64,000 nt of DNA, taken from the NCBI GenBank assembly GCA_965223795.1, contig CBDCXL010000001.1, forward strand, positions 96,001-160,000. The letters run 5' to 3'. The notes under the pieces were generated by a model that made no database searches, was not told the origin of the DNA, and was given only the letters and a program-made list of their open reading frames with translations. Every line of letters begins with the position of its first letter. Position 1 is the first letter of the stretch. Of this stretch, positions 40,506 to 49,248 are shown in pieces. This DNA comes from Nitrospinales bacterium (lineage in GTDB: Bacteria > Nitrospinota > Nitrospinia > Nitrospinales > VA-1). The translations under genes were made by a program, and so were the position numbers.

Positions 40506-41753
40506 TTATCTCGGACCCACGCCTCCGACATGGGAGATGCTGGTGGCAGCACCCACGGCGGTGGTGGAGATGGTGCTGTCGAGGACGGAATCGCCCGCGA
40601 GAGTCACCGTCTGAGCGGAAACATCACCCAGATTCAGGTTCAGGGACAGAGACTTGCCGCTCGGGCGGTACCAGCCGCCATAGCGGCGGTCCTCAAAGTG
40701 GCTGTTGTCCACGCTGAGGGAGGCACCGAGAGCAGAGGTGCTGATCTTGTTGCCTTCAACATCGCCATGGGTCAGCAGGATCGTGGAAGCGTGAACCGGC
40801 GCCTTGTTGATGTTGATGGTTTTCAGGTTGAAACCTTTGGAACCGGCAGCCACGGAAGTCTGTGCTCCGACTGCCTGCGTGTCGATCGTGTTCCAGGAGA
40901 TTTCGTGGGGTGCGAGGACGAAGGTGTGCGCGCCCACATAACCCCGGTTGATGTTTTTGGTGAACGCGTGCGTGTAGTTGCCGCCGTTCTCAACGTTCGC
41001 CAGAGCGCCCGCAGCGACGGTGGACACTTCGTTCTCGGAGAACTTGCCGCCTGCGATCACTTTGGTTTTGGCGAGAACATTCGCACGGTTGTAGTTGATG
41101 GTGAAGAAGTGACCCTTCTTGCCATCGTTGACGACACTGGTCTGGGCGCCGATGGCGGCCGTGTCGATGGTGTTGCCGGTCACATCGTCATATGCGAGGA
41201 TTTTGGTCTTCGCGTATACCGAGCGGCCGAGGTTCTTGTTGATCGTGAAGAAGCTGTTGTAGGACTTCTCACTCTCGATGTCAGTCAGAGCACCCACGGC
41301 AACCGTGGAGATCTCGTTGTTCTGCACGTCGTCACCGGAGATGATGAGAGATTTGGCTTTGACGGAAGCGAGGTTGGCGTTGATGGTGAAGAAGTCGTTT
41401 CCGTAGCCTTTGCTCTCCGCGGTGGTCTGCGCGCCAACGGCCTGGGTGTTGATTTTGTTGTCGTTGACATCGTCATCGTAGGCGAAGGTCAACGTACCGG
41501 CTTCCACTTTGCGGCCGAGGTTCAGGTTCAGCGAACCAAAGTTGTTGCCGTGGCCGTGGTTGAGGATGTCCATCGTCGCGCCAACAGCGGCCGTGTCGAT
41601 GTTGTTGCCGATGATCTGGTACCCGGCGATGGTCGGCGTGTGTGCCCCGACATAGCCCAGGTTGATGTTGCCCTGGTAGTAGCTGTCCGCCTGAGCGGAA
41701 CCGGCGAAACCTACCAGAAGTACCGCCAATGTGGTGAAGATTTTTTTTGTCAT
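40506..41753 (-). CDS. Secreted beta-repeat protein with 8 imperfect ~47-aa repeats (HfaD/curlin-like)
   Basis: Signal peptide ending AQA; repeats NxNxxxVxAxT...NxIxTxAVGA. Confidence 0.75.
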   Translation of the reverse strand: MTKKIFTTLAVLLVGFAGSAQADSYYQGNINLGYVGAHTPTIAGYQIIGNNIDTAAVGATMDILNHGHGNNFGSLNLNLGRKVEAGTLTFAYDDDVNDNKINTQAVGAQTTAESKGYGNDFFTINANLASVKAKSLIISGDDVQNNEISTVAVGALTDIESEKSYNSFFTINKNLGRSVYAKTKILAYDDVTGNTIDTAAIGAQTSVVNDGKKGHFFTINYNRANVLAKTKVIAGGKFSENEVSTVAAGALANVENGGNYTHAFTKNINRGYVGAHTFVLAPHEISWNTIDTQAVGAQTSVAAGSKGFNLKTININKAPVHASTILLTHGDVEGNKISTSALGASLSVDNSHFEDRRYGGWYRPSGKSLSLNLNLGDVSAQTVTLAGDSVLDSTISTTAVGAATSISHVGGVGPR

Positions 41754-41833
41754 TTCCTGCTCCAAAACTAGGGTTGAAATAGCGCACTCGAGTGCGGTTG
41801 TGTGCTCCTTTCTCTATCCCCTCCGCCAGCGGA

Positions 41834-42703
41834 TCAGTAAGAAACCCGCTGCCAGTCTTCCGTACCGTCAAACGGCTCGACCGTGTAGCCTTCCGCGATC
41901 TGCGGCTTGGTTCCGTCTTCCACACCTTCCACCTTCTCGATGATGTAGCTGCAGGATTTGCCGTTGATGTCGTACAGGTCGGCCAGCATTTCATAGACAG
42001 CCATCTTGAGCATGTTGCGCAGAGCAAAGTGAACCGCTTCGCGGCGCTGCTCGCCCAGGTCGATCAGGACCAGGGTGGTGCCGAAGAACCGTCCGACGTT
42101 GCCGCCGATTTCATCCGCCACCAGCTGCTTGAACACGGAGGAGTGGGCGACCACTTCAGAGGTCTTGGTGTTGGTCAGAAACAGGTCCAGGCCGATCAGC
42201 ATGCGGTGCTGGCGGTACTTGGCGCCGGCGCCGTAGGCATTGGCATCGATTCCGCCGCCCGGCAGAAAGTCCAGGCTGTTGATGGAACCGGTGATGTGGT
42301 AATCGGACTTGATCCAGTTGACCTTGCCGCCGAAAGCCGCTTCCAGCTTCATGACGCGGGGGTCGCGGCGGTTGACCACCTTGACCATGCGGGACTGCAG
42401 CAGGGCGCTCTGCACGATGTCTCCGGCCGCCTGGGTGACGTATTTCCCGTTGCCGGTGTCGGAAATGGAAAACTTGCCGGTTTCATCGCTCACGGAACCC
42501 ACGCCGATGCGCGCTTGCTTGCCTTTGTAGGCATCGCTCAGGCAGGAAAGCAGCTTGTCATAAGGCGTGGTGATCTGCGTGACGGCACGGGGGCCCTCCG
42601 TCAGCTTCATGTCTTTGGAGAACGGGGTGGTGGCCGCGCATCCCGTAGACAGGGTGATGAGCGCGACAGCCCCGAAAAGTTTTTTTACTTTGTGGCTGAT
42701 CAT
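41834..42703 (-). CDS. CsgG/HfaB-family outer-membrane lipoprotein
   Basis: Lipobox LSTGC; IGVGSVSDETGK, VTQAAGDIVQSAL, ITGSINSLDF, IGLDLFL, REAVHFALR. Confidence 0.85.
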   Translation of the reverse strand: MISHKVKKLFGAVALITLSTGCAATTPFSKDMKLTEGPRAVTQITTPYDKLLSCLSDAYKGKQARIGVGSVSDETGKFSISDTGNGKYVTQAAGDIVQSALLQSRMVKVVNRRDPRVMKLEAAFGGKVNWIKSDYHITGSINSLDFLPGGGIDANAYGAGAKYRQHRMLIGLDLFLTNTKTSEVVAHSSVFKQLVADEIGGNVGRFFGTTLVLIDLGEQRREAVHFALRNMLKMAVYEMLADLYDINGKSCSYIIEKVEGVEDGTKPQIAEGYTVEPFDGTEDWQRVSY

Positions 42704-42758
42704 GTGAAATGCCTCCTTTTGCATTTACAATAGAGAACGAATCGCTGTTGCGTGTTTT

Positions 42759-43145
42759 TTAATTGTCGATGTTGCCGGGGCCGTCGGAGATCAGAGAAGA
42801 GACGTCGCCGTCGTTGTCGGAATCGACTTCGTTGTTGTCGCCTTCGATGTTGATCTGGTTGCCGATGGCGACCGATTCACCGTCGTAGTTCTCACAGGCG
42901 CCGAGCGCTTCGCAGTACTGGGTGCTGTTGTCGGTCCAGAAGCTGCTGTTGTTGATGTTGAACCCGCCTTCCTCGACGAATTCCATTTCCAGTGCCTGGG
43001 CCAGGGCGTTCGCGCGCTCCGCTTCGGACTGGAAACTCCAGCTGTCGTTCCAGTCGGAAGAAGCAGAACCGGCGAATACCGCACCGGCGTTGAGAAGCAG
43101 GACGATGACGGCAAGACCCAAAGATTTTTTGTTGAAAATTTTCAT
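42759..43145 (-). CDS. Small secreted Asn/Asp-rich protein (HfaA-like)
   Basis: Signal peptide ending VFA; C-terminal AIGNQINIEGDNNEVDSDNDGDV; GAGG RBS. Confidence 0.65.
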   Translation of the reverse strand: MKIFNKKSLGLAVIVLLLNAGAVFAGSASSDWNDSWSFQSEAERANALAQALEMEFVEEGGFNINNSSFWTDNSTQYCEALGACENYDGESVAIGNQINIEGDNNEVDSDNDGDVSSLISDGPGNIDN

Positions 43146-43624
43146 TGTGGTACCTCGTTTTTAGATGTTGTCCTGCGCTTCCCTTGAAGCGCTTTATGTC
43201 AAAACCAACCGGTTATGAACGTGTGGCCTGAATCAGCTTTGAAGCAATCATGCTGTTTGGTTGTCGCAAACGGGTTAAGCGAAGGTTACGATTTTTTTAC
43301 AAATCCGTACCCCGAACCGGGTATCTGCGTAGTAAATCGAATGTGCCAAAATGGGCGATAATCATTTGGCGACGGCAGTTTGCAGCGCATGTGAAAGAGC
43401 GGGGCCGGATCTGTGGAGGCCCGCAAGCGTTGAGGCGGCATCCTTGATGCTTTGCTGTGCAGGGGACGGTCGAACGGAATTGTGGAAGCGAGTTCTCCCG
43501 CTGTCCGGGGCGGCGCAAGGGGATCGAACAGTGTGTGTCGATAAAGGCTGTGAAAAAAGCTGAGAGGGGCGGGGAGGCCCCTCTCTGGCGGGTTTGTGCG
43601 GTGAGTTGAAGGGGGAAGAAGGGG

Positions 43625-44641
43625 TCAGACTTCCTGGATGTCAGGCGATCCCTGGTAGGATTTCCATTCCTGCCACTGTTCGGCGATCATCTTTTTCGCG
43701 TGCTTGTAATCGATGCCGTCCATCTTCTCGTCCAGGTCGGTCAGGTTCAGGGTCTGGCCGGCCTGGATTCCGTTCATGTTGCCCTCGATGAACGCGTTCA
43801 CGTTGCTCTGCCACAGAGCCGCGGCGAAACGGTACGCGTCTTTTTTCTTGTATCCCAGCCGGTCCGCAAGGCGGAACAGGGATTCACCTTCCTGCACCTT
43901 GACGGTTTTCTGCACTGCCGATTCCGGCTGGGCCGGAGCGGCCTTGGCGGTCAGGCTGGCGAACACGATGCGCGGTTTCGACTGCGGCAGCCGGATCTTC
44001 TTGTAGTGGCTGAACACCTTGCCGGAGTATTTCACCGGCTGGTAGCCGCGGCGCAGGTAGCGGGCCATCAGCGTCGGGCCGTGGTTGTAGGCTTCCAGCG
44101 CGATCTCGATGTCGCCGAACCGGCGGAACAGCTTGTCCAGATAGTGCGTGCCCAGCGCGATGTTGGTTTCCGGGTGGAACAGCGTCTTGTGGCCGTTCCA
44201 CGGCGTCTTGGTCTCATCCGCCAGCGCCTTGCCGGTGCGCGGCCGGATCTGCATCAGGCCGAACGCGTCGCGGTTGGAGCGGGCCCAGTTGTTGAACGAG
44301 CTTTCGGTGATGATGACCGCCGTCAGGAACAGGGGATCGTAGCCGTACTTCTCACCCATTTTGTAGAGCACCTTCACGAGCTGGCTGCGCTGGTGTTTCT
44401 TCAGGCCGGTGCGGTAGCGCGCGAGCACATCCGCGATCCGTTTTTCGATGTCCTTTTGAAACGGAGTTTTGGCGACGGCTTTCTGCACCTGATACGGTTT
44501 CTCCAGCAGGATCGAAACCGGCTTGCCGGAACGGCTGCCCAGTCCGGACTCCACGGTGGAGGAAAACGGGCCGACGAGGGCCGTCAACGCGAATGCGAAG
44601 AGAATGTAAACTCTCAGAATCTGTTTTTCCGAAAACGCCAT
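43625..44641 (-). CDS. Lytic transglycosylase (SLT) with C-terminal LysM/FimV-like domain
   Basis: TESSFN catalytic Glu, GLMQI, AYNHG; VQEGESLFRLA..ALWQSNVNAFIEGNMNGIQAGQTL. Confidence 0.85.
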   Translation of the reverse strand: MAFSEKQILRVYILFAFALTALVGPFSSTVESGLGSRSGKPVSILLEKPYQVQKAVAKTPFQKDIEKRIADVLARYRTGLKKHQRSQLVKVLYKMGEKYGYDPLFLTAVIITESSFNNWARSNRDAFGLMQIRPRTGKALADETKTPWNGHKTLFHPETNIALGTHYLDKLFRRFGDIEIALEAYNHGPTLMARYLRRGYQPVKYSGKVFSHYKKIRLPQSKPRIVFASLTAKAAPAQPESAVQKTVKVQEGESLFRLADRLGYKKKDAYRFAAALWQSNVNAFIEGNMNGIQAGQTLNLTDLDEKMDGIDYKHAKKMIAEQWQEWKSYQGSPDIQEV

Positions 44642-44864
44642 CGGACTTTCTCCCTGGTCAATGCGTGTGGCTCTAATGGGTGTGACTCAATACAGGATCA
44701 GAATATGAAAACAATCTCACGGGAGGATCGAGAGGAAGTCACAAATTGGAAACAAATCCGGAAGCCGGAACTTTGGCGTTAAGTTGCGGAAAATCAAGGG
44801 TTTCGGGTGCTGCGGGCGCGGCGCGGGCAGACAGGAAAAGCGTTGAAAAACCGGGGGTTGTGGA

Positions 44865-45551
44865 TCAGGCGTAGCGGTCGTTCAGCCAGGGTTCGGCGGT
44901 GTTGGAGTAGCCCCGTTTTTCCCAGAAGCCCAATTCGTCCTTGTCGAGGAAGCAGATTTCGCCGATCCATTTCGCGCCCTTCCAGGCATACAGCTGGGGC
45001 GTGATCATGCGCACCGGGCCGCCGTGGTCGCGGGTGAGCGGGTGGCCCTCCCACTGGTGCACCAGCAGCACGTCCTTTTTCATGGCCTGCTCGAGCGGCA
45101 GGTTGGTGGAGTAGCCGTCGAAGGCCTTGATGTAGACGAAGCGGGCGCTGTCCATCAGTTCGCAGTGCTCGGCGATGTCGCGGAAGCGCACGCCCACCCA
45201 GCGGTTGTCCATCCGGCTCCAGGAGGTCACGCAATGGAAGTCGGAAACGTCCTCCACCTGCGGGAACTGCATGAACGCGTCCCAGGTGAAGGTCTCGGGA
45301 TTTTTGACGAAGCCGGACACGGTGAGGTTCCAGGTCGTTTCATCGAGCTCGGGCTGCACGCCCAGATCGAGGACCGGCCAGTTGGTGGTCACCCTCTGTC
45401 CGGGGGGGATCTTGGGGTTGCCGTCGCGGTTCAGCTCGCCCTCGCCCTGGGGTATCTCGCCGTCCCAGTTCTGCTTTTCCTGCAGGGCCTTGCGGTAGGC
45501 GATCAGTTTTTCCCGGCCCTGGATGCGTTTGGAGTTGGGGTCGTATTTCAT
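44865..45551 (-). CDS. Sulfite-oxidase-family molybdopterin-binding oxidoreductase
   Basis: PPGQ, DFHCVTSWS, YSTNLPL, HGGPVR, YAWKGAKW, GFWEKRGY. Confidence 0.9.
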   Translation of the reverse strand: MKYDPNSKRIQGREKLIAYRKALQEKQNWDGEIPQGEGELNRDGNPKIPPGQRVTTNWPVLDLGVQPELDETTWNLTVSGFVKNPETFTWDAFMQFPQVEDVSDFHCVTSWSRMDNRWVGVRFRDIAEHCELMDSARFVYIKAFDGYSTNLPLEQAMKKDVLLVHQWEGHPLTRDHGGPVRMITPQLYAWKGAKWIGEICFLDKDELGFWEKRGYSNTAEPWLNDRYA

Positions 45552-45863
45552 GGAAATTCAATGGTTCCAAATGGTTGTGGCATTTATGGGTAAATGCGGC
45601 GCCATTGGATATGCGTGGATGATAATTATAAATACTATGTGTATTTTGTGTTCAAGCGCATTCGGCCCGCAAAAACCCGCATGAAACCGGTCCCTGGGGC
45701 CGATCCTTCCCTATTGGATGGTGAAACCCGCCCGAGGTTACAACAAACCTGAAAATAATTCACCTCAGAGGCTGGATGAGCCCGAAGGCCATCAAAAAAA
45801 AGGCGGTAAAGTGATTTTCAGCAAATTCCGACAAGGAGGAAAACAACCGGAGACCTTTCCCGC

Positions 45864-48800
45864 ATGAATCTCAAAATCCTGACCTTCAACTGGCACGAAC
45901 CCTACCTTTGCCTGTTGTCCCGCATCGGGCATGAATTTCTCGTGGTGGAGCCGGAAATCGCTCCCGGCGGCAAAATCCGCCGCTGGGACGACAATATGCG
46001 GCCGCAGCCGAAAAACATGCGCCGCGTTTCCACCGAACAGGCGCTGGAGGAGCTGGAGCGCAATCACATCGACCTGGTGATCGCCCACAACGTCAAGGAC
46101 CTGGTGTTCGTGCGCGAATTCGAGCTGCCCAAGATCCTGGTTTTCCACAACCGGCTGACGACGGAGATCGAGCTCAGCACGGTGCCCATCGACCGCGGGG
46201 AATACCTGGAAAAAGTGCGCACCCTGCTTTCGGGAGTGAGCCGTGTGTTCATCTCCGAGAGCAAGAAAAACGACTGGGGGCTGGACGGGACGGTGATCTT
46301 GCCGGGGCTGGACGTGTCCGAATACGGCGGCTACACCGGCGCCAAGGCCTGCGCGCTGAGGGTGGGGAATCTGCTGAAGGAACGGGATCTCATGATGGGT
46401 TTTTCCACCGGAGAGAAGGTGCTGGCAGGGTTCGAGTCCGTGACGCTGGGGATGAACCCGTCCCTGCCGGGTTCGCGGCTGTCGCGCGGTTTCGAGGATC
46501 TGAAAACGTTCTTTCGCAACTGCCGGGTGTACCTCAACTGCACGGTGGAAGGCTATGAGGACGGCTACAACCTCGCCATGCTGGAGGCGATGGCCACCGG
46601 CATGCCGGTGGTGGCGTCGTTCAACAGCACCTCGCCCATCGAGGACGGCGTCAACGGCTTCATTTCCGGCGATGTGGACACGCTGCGCGAGAACCTGAAG
46701 ACGCTGCTGGACGACCCCTCTCTCGCCGCCCGGATGGGAGAAAAAGCGCGCGAAACGGTGCGCGAGAAATTCGGCATCGACGCCTTCCTGGCCGCCTGGC
46801 AGCTGGTGGTGAAGGACGCCATCGTGGAGTTTCTGGAACGCTCCGGCATCTCGCTCAGCAACACGCCGCGCCCGTTTCACCAAAAATCGCGCAAGAACAT
46901 CCTGCTCAATTACGTTTCCTATCCCGCCACCACGGCGCATTACCTGGAACGCGCGTTCCGCCAGCAGCACAACGTCATCACCTGCGGACCGATGATCTCG
47001 AAGGAGGTCGTCGAGCTGTGGGATCTCAAGGAAATGCATTGGGACATCACGCCGCAGGACATTCCCGTCAACGACGGCACGCCGCTGGCCGGCGTGCGCG
47101 AAAAACTGCCGCAGGGCTGGGAGCCGGATCTGTTTCTGTGGGTGGAGACCGGGCTGGGCACGCTGCCGCCGGACCTGGACAAACACACAGTCCCCAAGGC
47201 CTGCTATCTGATCGACACGCACCTGCACCTGGAAAAGCACAAGCAAATCGCGCGCAGATTCGATTTCGTGTTTCTCGCCCAAAAGGGCTATGTAGAGGAC
47301 CTCAAGCGCGCCGGGATCGAACACGTTCACTGGCTGCCGCTCGGCTGCGATCCGGACATCCACGGCCCCAGGGAGGGCGGCAAGCTGCACGACGTGGGCT
47401 TCGTCGGCTCGGTGACGGCGGCGCACAAGCGGCGCAAGGAACTGCTCGACAGCATCGGCGAGCATTTCGATCTGTGCGTGGAGCGCAAGTTCATGGACGA
47501 GATGGCGCAGGTGTTCGCGCGCTCGCGCATCGTGTTCAACAACGCGCTCAGGGACGACCTCAACATGCGGGTGTTCGAGGCGCTGTGCAGCGGCAGCCTG
47601 CTGCTCACGGACACGGCCTGCGGACTTTCAGACCTGTTCGAGGAAGGCCGGCATTACGCGCTGTACACCGACGACACCCTGATCGAGACCATCCGCTATT
47701 ACCTCGACCGGCCCAACGAGCGTGAGCGGATCGCCACCGAGGGGCGCAAGGAAGTGCTCACGCGCCACACCTACGCGCACCGCGCGCGCACGCTGATCGA
47801 GACGCTGGACGCGTATTTCAAAAGCCAGCCGCAGGCCGCGCCCGCGGTGCAGGAGAAACCGGATTCCTATTACCACCACGTGCGCGAGGACGTGCTGGCG
47901 CTGATCCCGGAAGCGGCGGAGTGCATCCTTGAAATCGGCTGCGCGGCCGGCGAGACCGGGCGGGCGTTGAAAAGCCGGAAAGACGTGTTCGTCGCCGGCG
48001 TCGAGTGCATGCCGGAGGCGGCGGCGAAAGCGCGGGCGGTGCTGGACGACGTGGTGGAAGGCGACATCGAAGCGCTGGATCTGCCGTACGACAAGGCCAG
48101 CTTCGACTGCGTGCTGTTCGCCGACGTGCTCGAGCATCTCATCGACCCGCTGGCTGTGCTGAAAAAGGTGAAGCCGCTGCTCAAGCCCGGCGGCACGGTG
48201 GTCGCCAGCCTGCCCAACGTGCAGTATTACGGCCTGGTGCATCACCTGGTGGAAGGCAACTGGACCTATCAGAAAGAGGGCATTCTGGACGAAACGCACC
48301 TCCGGTTTTTCACTTTCCGCGAGATGGAAACGCTGTTCGCCAGAGCCGGGTTCGCCATCGAAGCGGTGGACGAGACCCTGGACCCGAAATATGAGGAATT
48401 TTCAAAGAGCATGCCCGCCAGCCTCAACATCGGCCGCATGACGATCCACGATCTCACGGAAGAGGAGTGCAAGCGGTTTTTCGTGTTCCAGTACAAGATC
48501 CGCGCGGGGCTGAAATCCGCCGTGCCGGCCCCGGCGCCGCCGGTACTGGACACGATGTCGGTGGAGCAGGCGCTGGAGGAAGCGCAGGCGCTGTTCGACA
48601 AGCACGACTTCAACAGCGCGGTGGATCTGTACCGCAACATCCAGCGCTCCTTTCCCGGCTGCGTCGAGGCGCTGGCGCAGGAAGGCAACTGCCGCATGCA
48701 CCTCAACGACGCCGAAGGCGCGCGCGAGTGCTATGAGAAGGCGATCTCCCGCGATCCGGATCATTTCGCGGCGTGGATGGGCGTGGGGCTTTTGGATCTC

Positions 48801-49241
48801 AAGGACGGAAAATTCGACGCCGCCGCCGAGGGACTGAACGCGGCGCTGCGCGTGCGGCCCGACAGCGACAAGGCCCTGTCGGCGCTGGGTCTGGTGCACC
48901 GGCACCGCGGGCGGGCGCAGGAGGCGCTCGGCTGCTTCGAGCAGGCGTTGGAACTCAACGCCGAAAACCAGACCGCGCTCACCAACCTGCTCGATCTTTC
49001 CTACGAGCTCAACGAATTCACCGCGGTCGAGAAGGCGCTGAAGTGCTACCTCAAGCTGCACCCGGCCAACCTCAGCATGCTGTTCGGCCTGGCCGGCGTC
49101 CAGTTCAAGATGGGCAAGCGCAGCGAGTGCCGCGCCACGCTGGACCTGATCCTGGTTTTCGACGCCAAGCACGCGGATGCGCTGAAGTTTCTCAAGCGCC
49201 TCGAGACCGAACCGGCCGATTCCCGATTGACGACGAGCTGA
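45864..49241 (+). CDS. Multidomain protein: GT4-like + CgeB-like glycosyltransferase + SAM methyltransferase + TPR
   Basis: LAMLEAMATGMPVV; DDLNMRVFEAL..HTYAHR; LEIGCAAG..DVLEHLIDP..GILDETHLRFFT; TPRs. Confidence 0.88.
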   Translation: MNLKILTFNWHEPYLCLLSRIGHEFLVVEPEIAPGGKIRRWDDNMRPQPKNMRRVSTEQALEELERNHIDLVIAHNVKDLVFVREFELPKILVFHNRLTTEIELSTVPIDRGEYLEKVRTLLSGVSRVFISESKKNDWGLDGTVILPGLDVSEYGGYTGAKACALRVGNLLKERDLMMGFSTGEKVLAGFESVTLGMNPSLPGSRLSRGFEDLKTFFRNCRVYLNCTVEGYEDGYNLAMLEAMATGMPVVASFNSTSPIEDGVNGFISGDVDTLRENLKTLLDDPSLAARMGEKARETVREKFGIDAFLAAWQLVVKDAIVEFLERSGISLSNTPRPFHQKSRKNILLNYVSYPATTAHYLERAFRQQHNVITCGPMISKEVVELWDLKEMHWDITPQDIPVNDGTPLAGVREKLPQGWEPDLFLWVETGLGTLPPDLDKHTVPKACYLIDTHLHLEKHKQIARRFDFVFLAQKGYVEDLKRAGIEHVHWLPLGCDPDIHGPREGGKLHDVGFVGSVTAAHKRRKELLDSIGEHFDLCVERKFMDEMAQVFARSRIVFNNALRDDLNMRVFEALCSGSLLLTDTACGLSDLFEEGRHYALYTDDTLIETIRYYLDRPNERERIATEGRKEVLTRHTYAHRARTLIETLDAYFKSQPQAAPAVQEKPDSYYHHVREDVLALIPEAAECILEIGCAAGETGRALKSRKDVFVAGVECMPEAAAKARAVLDDVVEGDIEALDLPYDKASFDCVLFADVLEHLIDPLAVLKKVKPLLKPGGTVVASLPNVQYYGLVHHLVEGNWTYQKEGILDETHLRFFTFREMETLFARAGFAIEAVDETLDPKYEEFSKSMPASLNIGRMTIHDLTEEECKRFFVFQYKIRAGLKSAVPAPAPPVLDTMSVEQALEEAQALFDKHDFNSAVDLYRNIQRSFPGCVEALAQEGNCRMHLNDAEGARECYEKAISRDPDHFAAWMGVGLLDLKDGKFDAAAEGLNAALRVRPDSDKALSALGLVHRHRGRAQEALGCFEQALELNAENQTALTNLLDLSYELNEFTAVEKALKCYLKLHPANLSMLFGLAGVQFKMGKRSECRATLDLILVFDAKHADALKFLKRLETEPADSRLTTS

Positions 49242-49248
49242 CGCGCGC

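Noticed and set aside
43330..43352. Sigma54 promoter for the hfa-like operon (TTGGCAC on minus strand)
   Set aside because: No GC at the -12 position with the required GG-N10-GC spacing
45807..45835. Sigma28-like promoter (TAAAG..TCCGACAA) before the glycosyltransferase cluster
   Set aside because: Spacing is one base off and the -10 has mismatches; too weak to call
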